Assembly (NCBI GenBank): GCA_043228905.1
Contig: JBHGNT010000004.1
Location: 20,770,001 to 20,834,000, forward strand
Direction: 5' to 3'
DNA: 64,000 bases
Origin: Azolla caroliniana
Taxonomy: Eukaryota; Plantae; Polypodiophyta
A program made the position numbers and the translations under genes. The notes under the pieces are model-generated. The model searched no databases, had not been told where the DNA came from, and worked only from the letters and a program-made list of their open reading frames with translations. The stretch's first letter is position 1. Each line of letters begins with the position of its first letter. Shown here in pieces: positions 50,095 to 63,500 of this stretch.

Positions 50095-53000
50095 ATGGTC
50101 GAGGTCTGTGTCGTTACTGGAGGTCGTGGATTTGCGGCCCGCCATCTCGTTCTTCAGCTTCTGAAGAGTGATCGATGGACTGTGGTTCGTATTATGGATC
50201 TATCTCCAAGGATCACTTTAGATCCTCTTGAAGAGGAGAGCCTTCTCTCTCAATGCCTTAATTCTGGAAAAGCACAATATATATGTGCAGATCTTAGAGA
50301 TCCCAGTCAAGTCCTTGTAGGTAATCCTTTATGACTTTCTTATTGATGTTGTAATTAACACACATGCATGCAAGAAGCATTACATCTCTACATCGTGTAT
50401 TGATTGGAAATGGCTACATTCGATCTGGGTGCTTGATTACGTCTAAATCATACATTACTATTATAAATCTTTATAAAATCTTGCTAATATCCTGGGCTAG
50501 TATCAGTTGAGTGATGTGTTGTGATAGTTTCTAGGCATTGGTATAGGGAGGAAATGTAGGGGCATAAGTTGAGGAAATAAAATAAAGCTGGTGCTTTATG
50601 CCTCGTTTAGAATATTTTCCTTGCATTTAGAGCATTGCATGTTATATAGGGGGTCTGATTCCTGATTGTCTATGGCATCCAACTCCTCAACACTGCAATG
50701 GATGTTGCTAGTCTCATTTTGGTGCTCTTAATCATCCCAAGTTCCTTTTTCTATATCTGTATATGACACCAAAACTCAAGTTGTCATTTGATTTACATCA
50801 ATACTAAATATGCTAGAGACTATAACCTAGGTGGTAATGAACTAATATTTGATTTTTTAGTTTGTGACATTGTCTAATATGGGATATTTTGATTTTTTTA
50901 TGGTCTATCCATAATAGCTTGCAAAGGAGCTTCGGCTGTTTTTCATATGGCAGCTCCAGATTCGTCTATCAACAGTTTTAATTTACACTACAATGTTACT
51001 GTTGAAGGTTGGATTGGCATTACTGTTTCTTTTACTCAGTTTAAACATAGTTTCGTTTTGGACTCAATCATTGACAACCTTTGGTATTCTTAATCATAAG
51101 TTATAACTGTAGGTACTTGCAACATTATTTCATAGTGATTTCCAGAATTTAGGACGCAGATGTTGCTTTTTTAACAGTGTTTATAACATCACACATGGGG
51201 ACTTGTTCTTGATCATGAATGGCTGTTCAATGTTTTAATAATGCATTATATCTGCAGGCACACGTAATATTATTAATGCATGCATTCAGAATCATGTTCC
51301 TAAGCTCATTTACACCAGTTCACCTAGTACCGTTTTCGATGGTGTTCATGGAATAAGGAATGGGGATGAGTCGCTGCCATACCCTGATAAGGTCTCTCTT
51401 TGCAACATTTTTCAAGCAATTAGTATATGTGATTTAAAGTACTAATATATTCTCATTGTGAATCACAGCACAATGATACATACTCTGAGACAAAAGCACA
51501 AGGAGAGGCACTTGTTCTCGCTGCTAATGGGAAGTCAGGTTTAGTTACATGTGCTATCCGTCCAAGCAGTATCTTTGGACCTGGGGACAGGTTGTTAGTC
51601 CCATCACTTGTCTCTGCAGCAAGATCGGGAAAAATGAAGGTGAGATCAGAATTTTATTCCCTTCTCCTTGTGTCATGGTGTCAACTCTTTTTTATGTCAA
51701 TGTTAAGGATATGGATACAGCCATTTCGCTACATGTAAGACGCATTTGATACTGCCACATTTTTTATCAAGGCATTGACTATTACGGGCATGACCATATA
51801 TTATCCTGTGGTAAGTTTGTACTGTAGCATTATATTCACGTGGATAAAGTGTGAGGGCTAAACGAGAGTGTAAAGAATCATGAGTAATAAAAAATCAGCT
51901 TTCGTGCTTGATCATTAAATGAGAGTGGTAAGTTAAACGAGAGCGAATGGCTTTTTAAATGTAATCACTCATGAATAATAAAAAATCAGGCTTGGTGCTT
52001 GATCGTTTGACTGGATTGCTGCCCTCTACAAATATCCATCATGGGATGATCCAATATGGAAAGGTACAAGAAAGGTGTTTCTGATTCTGCATGACAATGG
52101 CTTTGATGTTGTTAAGTTATGGACACAGTAACTTGTGGGACCAGTTGCCTTTGGTGACAGAAACATCATGATAAAAAGAAATGTTTCTAATAGTGACTTT
52201 TTTGAGTAGCAACAGCTTGCAACACCATCTCTCTTTGCCTCAAGTATGAAACATGTATAAAGTCGACAATTGTGTAATAACACACTTTGCATAACTATTG
52301 CAGTTTATATTGGGGGATGGAAAAAACATGTACGACTTCACTTATGTAGAGAATGTAGCTCACGCACATGTTTGTGCTGAACAAGCCCTAGATCCTGCCA
52401 AATGCTATGGAGATGATGTTGCTGCTGGGAAAGTAAGAATTAAATAATATAATGTCAACCAATCTCCCCCCTTTGTTGAATAATGCCACCATTCTACTTC
52501 TTGTTTCAGGCTTATTTTATCACAAACAAGGAGCCCAAACGGTTCTGGGAATTTGTTTCAGAAATCTTAGAGGGACTTGGATATGAGAGGTAAGTTGATA
52601 TATTGAGCAAGTTCAATAGTAGTTCTCAACAAACATCGATGAATTTCATTAGTTGAATTTCAGGCCAAAAATACATCTCCCTGTTGGATTATTGATGCCC
52701 TTGGCTTCCCTTGTCGAGTGGATTTATCTACATCTTCCAGTTTCTGATGCACCTCCACAATTCACCCCTTCAAGATTAAGATTAGTGACTTCTTGGCGGA
52801 CATTCAACACTGACAGGGCTACTAAACTCCTAGGATACAGTCCAATCATCTCCCTTGAGGTTTACTTTATCAAAGTCATAGATATGCTCATGTGGGGTTT
52901 CCTTGTCTCAGGTGCTTTGCCTTTTTCTATTCTTGATTTAGGAAGGAATGAAGCGAACTATTGAATCATATTCCCATCTTCGTGCCGAAGCATATGTGAT

Positions 53001-54312
53001 CAATAGTAGAGGATTAGATAGTACTTCAAAAGCTCACAAATTTCTTGGAGGTGGCAAAGGTATCACAGAAAGCCAAGTATTTTTAATTCTAGAATAGTTC
53101 CAGATATTATGGTATAATTAGATAATGCTTTTTACCTGCAGTTGCTGATCTATTACTCTGGAAAAATGAGAAGCACACGTTTGCAGTTGGGACTGGCGTA
53201 TCAGTGTTGATATATTTTCTCTTCATATCTAGTGTTACAGTCTTATCTGCAGTATCAAAATTGTGTATGGTGCTTATTGCTGGGTTATTCTTCCAAAACT
53301 ACCTGCCGGCTGCACTGTAAGATATATCATACAAAAATTTACCATAATACCCCATTTTTCATGATATGCCGAACAACACCTCTATGATTTTAAAATCCCA
53401 AATAGTTTGAAATTCCCAAACTTGTCATCCCAATATGCTACATTATTTTGTAGACTCTTTCTAAAATCTCGACTGACGGGTTATGTTAGCCATGGATTTT
53501 ACTATAGCATCATCATCTCTCAAGAATCACTCTATAGTTCCCCTCTCTAGAGAGACAAACACAGATCGCTGAAGGATAGTTTAGGATTTTCATGAAAATA
53601 AGAAGTATTTTGTTAATGTTTCCATATTGCCGAGTTGCTGAGCACTTGCCTTAATGCTTATTATCTTCTTTTTCTTTCTCTAGCCAAATTTAAATGCCTG
53701 ATTCCTACCACTTTCTATATTTTATCTTGATTGTTTGACCTTTCTAGTTATACCTTGTTTGAGAACTTGTGAAATCTTGACATGTTTTGCTTCCGATTTG
53801 GTGGCAGAAAAAGAGACTTTTTTCCACCTTCATTTGAGTTATCCCCAGATACAGTGATCGTGGCTATACAGAATTTGAGAAGCATCTGGAATTTTATCTG
53901 GAACACCATTGAAGATGCAGTGATAAAATGCAATTCACTCGCTTTTGTGAAGGTAGTTGAAGAACTAAGCTCAGTTTCTGATTTGATCATTAGAAGTCAT
54001 TCTGGCTGAACTGTTACCCCTTTCACAGATAATGTTAGTTGCTTTGGGGATGAGGATTCTTGGTAGATATCCCTTCTCAAATGTGCTGCTAATAGGTGAG
54101 AAAGAAAATCTTGTGGAAATTACACAAGTATTGTTTTTGTCTAACAAGTATTAATGTCGTTATTGCTTATTTCAGTGTTTGCACTATTGTTCATAGTCTT
54201 CTACATTTATGAGAAGAAGGAAACGGAAATAGACAACTTTATTGCGGGTATTAAGGAGCGTGTAGTTCGGGTGTCTTTTTCATCAGGACTTCATGATGTA
54301 GACAACAAGTAA
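50095..54312 (+). CDS. 3BETAHSD/D: 3beta-hydroxysteroid dehydrogenase/C4-decarboxylase (sterol 4-demethylation) with a C-terminal reticulon domain, 12 exons, ~555 aa
   Basis: Exons 50095-50320, 50918-51007, 51258-51391, 51469-51639, 52304-52432, 52510-52589, 52664-52859, 52942-53059, 53142-53316, 53808-53952, 54029-54095, 54176-54312 (1668 nt, phases consistent). Motifs: VTGGRGFAARHLV, VFHMAAPDS, YTSSPS, YSETK (YxxxK), RPSSIFGPGD, DFTYVENVAHAH, and reticulon LGGGKVADLLLW..YEKKETEID. Confidence 0.95.
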
Positions 54313-54974
54313 TTAGCAGAGACTTCAATCATTCTTCATATTTGTTTAACCTTGCACTCTCTTTAAAGTTCATGCATGATTTAGAATGTAGTGGTGAATG
54401 TCGAAGTACCAAAATCACACATTGTGAGAACTCTGATAAAGCATTAACTTTCAATCAACTCTTGAGTTTTACAGTTTTGTTCTTTTTGAAACTTGAATGC
54501 AATACAAAGCTTGTCCTTAGATGTTTTATGACATAAATAAAAGGGAAGAACAGAAAAATATCCTTCCCTCTTTTGCATATTTACCTGAGTAACTGTTTCC
54601 GAGAATCAGAAGAATCCTCTGTAGTATAAATTTCATTGGTGACGGTGTAAATTTCTGATAATAACTATACTGCAATAAATAGGTCATTTCATTGGTGAAG
54701 GTGTTGCATCTTTGGATGAATGGTCGTGATGGTATGGGTAGGTAGTGACATTGGTGATGTGTATGGTTTGAGGGTTTCATGCCTTAACCATCTTTGACAG
54801 GTCAACCAATCTCCCTAACATGCAAATGTGACATGTTTTATCTTCTGACAAGAGAATCCATCAAAATCATGCAATATGATAATTGGTTAATGCTCACTTG
54901 AAACCTTTGTTAATGAGATTTGAGGAGCTCACTTGAAGGATTAGATGCCCATTGCCCGTTGTACCTTCACCCAA

Positions 54975-55365
54975 GTATATGCCATATAACCCACTTCTTG
55001 AAAGAGCCATGTGCTACAATAGGAATAGTGTTTCTAAGCATTACTCTTTGTCATTGGCTTTTGCAAACATGTTTGAATAATGATGCAAATTTCGATATCG
55101 ACTTGGTCAAATATAATCACATTCACATCCATGAAAACCATTCATAACAATTGAAATCTCCTCTTCTTGCACAATTCATATAACCCACTTCTTGAAAGAG
55201 CCATTTGCTGCAATAGGAACAGTGTTTGTAAGCATTACTCGTTGTAATCAGTTTTTTGCGAGCATCTTTGAATAGTGATGCAAATTTCAATGTCAACTTG
55301 GTCAAATACAACCACATTCGCCATCATGAAAACCATTCATGACAGTTGAAATTTCTTCTTCTTGT
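54975..55365. repeat. ~195-bp tandem duplication
   Basis: catataacccacttcttgaaagagccat at ~54982 and ~55177; catgaaaaccattcat at ~55130 and ~55325. Confidence 0.9.
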
Positions 55366-56143
55366 ACAACTGGAAGATATTAATTTCAAACAAAAGGGAG
55401 GAATTTCTCTAAGAATTCTTGACAAACAATTCCCAGAAACAAAAACACAAATAATGAAATGAAATCCATTGAAAGAGTATTGGCAAATCAAGACTGTATG
55501 GGGGTTGGAAAAAGGAAAACAGAACCATGGAAATAGCCTAAGGTGTATGATTTCCACAATGGTTTTAACCGCCCTTTGAAAACAAACAAAGAAAGTGTAT
55601 TGACACATCAAAGCTTAAAAATCTAACAAGACCATCCGTTCCCTATTCCTCAAGTGATATGTGGCTTTTTCTAGATTTATATAGTCCACTTCAATCCTTG
55701 AAAACGTTCTTGCATATTTGAAGATCATATAAGGCTGCACTCTTTTCATGGTTTAGTAATCTATTCCATTGTCAGCTTTGAAGAAGGTTCCTCTGGTTCT
55801 AAATGGTAAGGATGCCAACCACTAGGCTCCCATGATTTGTTGAAGATTTTGTCTCTTTCAAATATTATATGCTTAACTTGGTTTATTTCTTCATTTTTGT
55901 CTCACTTGAACACCAAATAATAATTAAAAACCACACATAAAGGTATATGTATTTCTTATGCTTTGCAAACTTATTTCTTAGTTCTCTGAATGAAAACATC
56001 TGGTGCTGGATTCTTATAATCTCATCAATCAGATCAATTAGACACTTAAATGTCTCGAATGATTAAATGATGTGGATAGCTATCAATAGAAGGGGAATGC
56101 ATGTTACTTGGCATGATTATCTAAAGAAAGATTCTTGGATGTA

Positions 56144-58912
56144 TTATGGGATACATCCTCCATCCCCCATAACCATGATATTGAATCCATCTACAGAACC
56201 TTGGCTTTGGTCACCTACATGGTGGTAGAAACTATCATTTCCTACTATGAACTTGTCCAGGTTACAGTCCAGTTGAATCCATACTGGCCCTGGTATTTTC
56301 CAAGCTCCCAAACTCTTGGTTAGATCAAATACTCCATCTACACCTTCTGACAATTGAGCATCGTTGTATATGCTTGACATTATTGGATAACCAGCTGCTG
56401 CGCTACATGCTGGAATCACCGTTTCTGTAAGTCTACATGTCCATGAGTTTTATGGGCAGACAATAAAGTCATCCAACCAATTATGTCAGGATTGTTCGGC
56501 ATACTTAAATGCATCTCTTCTGCTGTCTCTAGACATCCTGCGCGGCCAAAAAGATCGATCATGCAGTTAAAATGCTCGGTCTTTGTACACTTTTAAACCT
56601 CTTGATCCCCACCATGCTTGAAGTAAATATTTCCTTCATTTACCCCACCGCCATGACTGCAAGCTGAAAGTATATTAGAATAAGTTGTATCCTGAGGAAC
56701 AAGCCCTTTCTGCTGCATTATTTCAAAGCATCTCCTAACCAGATCAAAATTTCCCTGTTGGGAAAGTTCACCAATGAGAGCTTCCCAAGAAATCCTATCT
56801 TGTTCTGGTAATGTTGAAAAAACCTTGAATGCATCATTTTACCTTCCAAAGGTTGCATACGTATAAATTAAAGCATTGCCAAGGAATCCATCTGAATAGA
56901 ATTCACTTTTCGCAATCAACTTATGTATCAACTGTCTTTGAACTACGGCTCCAATATTACCACATGCTTTTACCACAGCAAGAAAGGATGCCGCATTAGG
57001 TTCTATTCTGTTTTCTTTTATCTTGTGGAAAAGCTCAAGTGTAGAGAAATCCTCTCCATGCTGCATGAATGCTGTCATCATGGCAGTCCACGATACAACA
57101 TCATGATATTTTGAAGAATTAAATACTCCATATGCATCATTAACACACCCACATTTAGAGTACATGTCAATAAGAGCACTTCCAAATCCTGTGTATAATT
57201 CCTGTGTATAATTCCATGATGAGTCGATCTTCCTTCTTGCAGGGCTTCTTCATTACAGCATGCTTTAATAACACAGAAAAGTATCACTTCATTGGGCTGA
57301 ATGCTTTCCTTCTGCATAGTCTTGAAAAGCTGGAGTGCGGTAGATGTAACTCCATTTTCTGCATATATTTAGGTGATCGAGCATCATGAGATGATATCTC
57401 GATTCGCCAATCTATCAAACAATCTTTGAGCTTCCATAAGATAACCACACTTACCATAAATATCAACAAGAGAGTTCCCTAGAACTGCATCCAAATGAAA
57501 TTCATGTTTCACTATTTTATAATGTATGAGCTTACATTGTGCAACTGTGTCAAAAGAGGGACAAGCACTCAAGAGGCATAAAAATATGACTCTATCAGGA
57601 TAGACTCCCTTTTCTTGCATTTCATTGAGCAATTCAAATGCCACAGAAATATATCAAGACTGCGCATAACCAGACACCAAAACGTTCCATGTCACAACAT
57701 TCTGCTGTGGCAAACTATTGAAAACAGCATGTGCTTCTCTCAAGTGTCTACATTTTGAAAACATATCAATCAATGTGCTTCCGATACCTAGATCAGACTC
57801 AAGTCCGAAGCTCACTATGTGACAGTATAACTGCATCCCTTTCTCCAAACTTTTCGCAGCAATGCATGCTTTCATGGCATATAAATATGTGATTTTGTCT
57901 GGCAATACCATCTCCTCTTGCAATTTGTCAAACATGGACAAAGCCTTGGATGGATAACCTGGCTCGGCATAGCCTGCGATGATTGCACTCCATAATAGAA
58001 TGTTCTTGTTTGACCAACTATGGAATGCATTGTCCATTTCCGTCAAGCATTTGCACATACCATACATATCAATAAGAGCTCTTACAATAGCTGGATATAG
58101 TTCCATCCCATCTCTAATAGCCTGGCAATGAATAAGTTACCCCTCATCTAAAGTGCAAGCTTGTAAACTCCGAACAAATGTAGCTTCATCTGACTTTTCC
58201 ATTTTCCAGAACAACTCGCGTGCAGAATGACAAAGACCTTGCTGAACATACCAGCAATCATCACACCAAATGAGACAATGTCTCGATTCTTCAAAGTGTT
58301 GAAAACATATCGAGCCTCATTCATGGTTCTGCACTTACAATACGTGCTCATAAGTGTATTTGCAACCATTACATCTGATTCCATGTTGTTCCTGATGAGA
58401 TACCTATAATAACCTCTGATTCAAATTCATCACAAAGCACATGAATATGGATCAAATTTCCTTGCTCCAAATCCCCTAGCTTTGCACAAGCTTTTATTAT
58501 ACAGGGATATAAACCACAGTTTCTCTTGAACCCACTCGATCGACGAGATTCATAGTAAAAATGAAGAGCTCTCAGAGCTTCTCCATGGTTAATTTGTGCT
58601 AAAACAAGAGAATTCCAAGTAGAAATACATGGAGTCAATATCCAGAATAAACTAAATTTACTTCTAGCCAGCTACCACATGAACCAAACACTCGAATCAA
58701 AAGATTGGAGATGGAGATGAAATCAAGCTGATGGATGACAACAATAGATGAAACCTTATGGCTATAGCGTCCTTTTCCTTGATGCATTTCTGCAATAGAT
58801 GACGGATTTCAGTGTGTGAAAGACGGCTTTCTTGCAATATATCTTTGAGTTTTCCTTCTAGAATCAGGGATCTAAAAACGTCTCCGGTCTTCGGTGTGTA
58901 GGTTCTTGTCAT
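56144..58912 (-). pseudogene. PLS-class PPR pseudogene (E+ subclass) with many frameshifts and stops
   Basis: Successive short ORFs in different frames carry P/L/S motifs (STWNSLV, VANTLMSTYCKC, LWSAIIAGY, LGNSLVDIYGKCG, VSWTAMM). Then ACSHGG, HFNCMIDLFGRAG, a PG-box-like KIPGPVWIQL and a GYVP-like GCIP*. Confidence 0.88.
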
Positions 58913-58967
58913 GCTGTAAGCAAATGCGCTTTTCTAACCCATCTTTCTAACTCTCTCTTCTCTGGTG

Positions 58968-59820
58968 ATAAAGTGTTCTCTGGTCTTTGTACAAATAATC
59001 GACTTTACACTCTCTCTTCTACACATTGGTAAGTGAAATGCTAAATAAATATCAAAGTGTTCTACCTGAGTTGATGTGTTATTGTTAAGGTATCTATCTT
59101 CATGCTATTTGTACAGGAAAGGAAGTCCTGTTTGCAGATCTCTCAGGTGATCCTGCATTGTTCGAATCATGCAAAGGATATGCTCAGGTGGTTGAGAACT
59201 TGAAATTTGTTGTATGGATTTCAGGTTACTGGTGTGGTTCTCTGATTCTCAGTGCATATTGCTCCTCATATTTTAGGCAGAAACATACAGGAAAATGCTG
59301 AACGTCACAAAGGGACAGTGGAATAGCAGGTATTTCACCCTTTTAATGGCAGTCATGCTACATAATTGAACATTTCTAGCAGATTTGTCTGATGGATTGC
59401 ATTGTGCTAGCTTCTTCACAATGAATTCTCATTGGCTCGTGTACCTCGTGGAGATTTCGGTGACCAAAAAACTAGCTGCTGTAAGTTTTTCTTCAGTTTT
59501 CTGAGATCATACGACACAATAAGTCCTTACGTATTCTGTTATCTGCTTGATGCTAGATTCCACACTTATTGTATACTGAAAGTGTATTATAACTCTAAAT
59601 TCTGTGTGAAGCATTTTTCCCCCTTGATTGATTTAAAACAGAGGTTTTTAGTTATCTTGGTCATAATTTTGTGCAGAATTATTTGATTGTGCAGAAAAAG
59701 CAAAGATTACATCGAGACATCCGAGAGCTTCGTGTGTTTAAGATGCGAAGTTTGTCGTATGATTCAGCAAAAACATGTTTGTAACAGGAGGATGAGATAT
59801 TTGAATCTATAAGGAGGTAA
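58968..59820 (+). pseudogene. HASPIN: 5'-truncated, intron-containing Haspin kinase fragment (C-lobe and C-terminal exons)
   Basis: In-phase GT-AG exons ~58968-59028, 59117-59187, 59277-59329, 59411-59480 and 59695-59820 give IIDFTLSLLHIGKEVLFADLSGDPALFESCKGYAQAETYRKMLNVTKGQWNSSFFTMNSHWLVYLVEISVTKK...RELRVFKMRSLSYDSAKTCL*. This matches the recalled plant Haspin IIDFTLSR..G..LF.DL..DP.LF...KG..Q.ETYRKM..VT...W..SF..TN.LWL.YLV....KK...RELR....R...Y.SA. There is an early TAA at 59782 and no upstream kinase exons were found. Confidence 0.85.
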
Positions 59821-60559
59821 AATATCAATCAATCATTTCTTTACATGTTTACAGTGTCCACTCAAAGGGATTTCGGAGCCTTAAAGTAGGCAATGCAATG
59901 CAACAAAAGGTCTGTTTGCATATTCATCATCCCGTTCAGTTGTAAATCATCATGTTCGTGTAAAGTTAATCAACATTGTGGCAGTTTTAAGTCTATGGTC
60001 TATAAAATCTTCTTTTGAAACTTAACGAGGGCCTTGTATTTTTTCCTTCCCTACATGTTATCTATATGCTTTGTGACATTTGATAAGGTATTATGGAAAC
60101 AAGCCAAGCGTTCAAAGAAAAGATCTTGGAACCACAAACAAGCTTAGCTTGTTTGTATGTACAATTATGTTGCACGTAACCTCGAAATCATATTCTTCGC
60201 TAAACAAGGAAGCCACATATATCGATACATGTTAGACCCCATCTCATTGTTCGCGATCCAGACCATTGCTTCCATATGATGTAGTTCGCACTCGCTGTGA
60301 TATGAGATGGGATGTTGGTGCATAGGTGATGGAACTAGTCGACTATGCACATCCTGTCCTAAACAAGTTTGAGAGCTTGAGTATCATACTTGATACAATA
60401 CGTCGCCTTTGATAACATTCGACTATCATCTCCACATATCTTTGACCCAACTTAATACTAGCATGAGAGTAAGACTTCACTCTCTCAATTACGACATTCA
60501 TTAGTAAAGCTCTTGAACATTGGGAGTGGCTACCCACTTTAACATGTATTATGTGAAAA

Positions 60560-63500
60560 TGTTATATTTTTTGTCTCACATGTCATATTGACCTTTGATA
60601 ATAATACTAAAATATCTTACTTCATAAATAGTGATAGTGCAAGGGAAACCCTCTCAAGTGTTGTAAAACTAGATCATATAAGTCTATCTCCTCTTGGGAC
60701 AACATCCCCATACAACATAGTTTTGAAAATTGCCAAATCAACTTCCCTTTCATCCTACAGAGTTGTTGTATTACCCCATGAAGTCCATCAAACAAGAACC
60801 CATTTCTCATGGTCCAATTAAACCACATCCCCCAATATCTAAGGTAGTAAAAAACAACCTTATATGATGGTGTGGGCATAGCTTTATCCTCATCCATAAA
60901 AACCCACTTATAAGGTGACAAAATATTTCATGTTATCGATGCCCAAATTTGTGACATAATCACCGAAAAGGCTTTAGCAACCAAACATGTAATGAACCTA
61001 TGTCTGGCATATTCTTCAACCACCGTATAGAAAAAACATGTCCCATTTGAAATATGTCTTCGTTTTAAGGCCATCGCCAAAGGCAACCCACCAACTATGG
61101 CACGCCAAAGAAACACCTTTGCACAAAATGGAAGATGAGGCTGCCACCCTACATCTAAAACTCTACGCCACCACTATACATGTCGAGCAATGTACCATGT
61201 ATCCAAAACCTTATTTGCTAACCAAGCTCTATCTTCAACCAACTTATGATACACATCATTAGTGTGCACCACATAAATCAATTTCCCAATACCAAGTGAC
61301 TGATCTTTCCATGGGTCCTCGACCACCAACTATGGAATCGGGAAAACTAATCTAGGCAATGCCAATATTGATTTCCAAATATACCCATATCCACGTGGTA
61401 TATGAACCTTATTTTTGATTGTTCGAAAGGCCATCATTTTCCAACGTGACTCTAAGATACCATCTTTCACAGTTACCAAGCCTAGCCTTGCAATTCAATT
61501 GAACTATGAATTTAGACTTCCTTTTACATCCTAGTGTAATATCCTTGATGCTGCCAACACCTTTGTTGCCACTGAACCGCGAAACTACAGCTTAACGGTT
61601 TCAACTGTTTGGTTTGGTTTGGTTCAGGTTCAGGTTTTTTAAAACGGTTTGGTTCGATTTCAACAGCCAGAAACCGCGGTTTAAATGGTTTAACGGTTTT
61701 TTAATTTTTAATTTTTTAAAAATTTTATTTAAAAAATTTTAAATTTTTTTTTTAAACAATCTTTTCATTTTTAGACCTTATTCTCATATTTTAGGAACAT
61801 CTTAAAAAATTTAAAAATTTTAAAAAACGAAATTTTATAAATTTAAAAATTAAAATTTGACCTATGTTGAAAACCAAAACCGAACCATGAAATCGTGTTT
61901 TTTTGTGGTTTAATGGTTTAACAGTTTGAAAAAGTTTAACAGTTTCGTGGTCGTTTTGGTTCGGTTCAAGTTTCAAAAAATTTAAACGATTCGGTTTGGA
62001 CCCTCTCAAACTGAACCGAACCTTTGCCAATTGTTAGCTGTCAATGAATTTATATCTTTTCTGCACTCAGGAGGCCTCCAATTAAATTCAAACATCGTTG
62101 CTAAGAAAGCACCAATTGTTGAACCATAATAGATTCTGAACATTTGAATGGCCGGGTACTATTAACAACATGCCACCATGAAGCTGTAATTCTCGTTTTC
62201 CCATGGTATATACCAACCTTCACAAAATAATTAATTATTTCTTCCCAATGTTGGGTACCTATGCACATACCTTTCAAAAGATTGAATCTTTGAGCTACCA
62301 TATGATCTTCTAAATTTAGTAAAGTAGTACCCCCTAACCATTTTGGGGTACAAATATTGTTCCATGATACCCAACTCATACCAAGGTTTCTTTCTTTCTT
62401 TTCTATCGTGTATATTTAAGTGAACGAGCTAAATGATCAAGTGATTTCTTTGTCCACAGTAACAATGGAAAAAATAAGAAATCATTGGAATCATTATACT
62501 AGCTTGTACCACTTTGAGACGAGTACTAAATGGCCATGTTTGAGACTTCCAATACATAAATTTGTCCAAAATGATTCCCGGTATCCAATTCAAACTTTGC
62601 GATGATGAGATATCAATACCAATAAGGTAACGTAAGGGTCAACGACTCAACACACATTCCCTTGATCTAATATTTGGCCACCCCATCCAAGATCAACCAA
62701 ATCACTCTTAGCGCATCTAATGAGCATAAACTTCCGCATATTTATATGTAATCCTGATGCCAATGCGAACACATTCCATACCTCCATGGATTTAGCTATA
62801 TTATCAGGTGTCGCTTTGAGAAATAAAAACGAATCATCAACCAATGCTTGGGCAATCAATTGTCTCCTTTATGGTAGAGCTAATCCAACTATTTCCCCAC
62901 ATGTTGCCAACTCATGCATCTTCACCAAAATTGGGTGTGTAGCAATTGCAAATAATAATGGACTCAATGGGCATCCTTGTCTAAGTGATATTTTCAATGG
63001 TATTGCCCTAGTAACTCCACCATTTAACATAATGTGTGATACTACACCTAATCCCACCAACAACGATATTCAAGACATCCTTTCCCCAAAACCCATATGA
63101 GACATAAGTTGAGTAATAAAGACCAACTTACACGATCATATGCCTTCTCGATGTCAAATTGTATCATTACAATTTGTTGTTTTGATTCCTTTGCATAATC
63201 CACTGCCATTTGCACATTCAAAATATTATGTCGCTTCCCTCAATAAACCCATATTGCACTGGATGGACCACAAACGACAATACCTTTTGAAGTTTATTTG
63301 CAATTACTTTGGCAAAAATCTTATACATCCCACCCATTAATGATATCAGTCTCCATTGAGCAAAAGACATAGGAGATGTAACTTTTGGTACAAGTTTGAC
63401 AAGACCAACTTTCTATGAATTGGGCATTTTACAAGAACTCCACACTTCTTGGAATATCATTGTTAGAGGGGCTTTGAGTTTTGGTACAAAAGCTTTAAAA

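Noticed and set aside
58860-58960. RDL tripeptide as the Haspin catalytic loop overlapping the PPR start
   Set aside because: It lacks HWGN, stops separate it from the DFT exon, and it is better explained as antisense PPR sequence.
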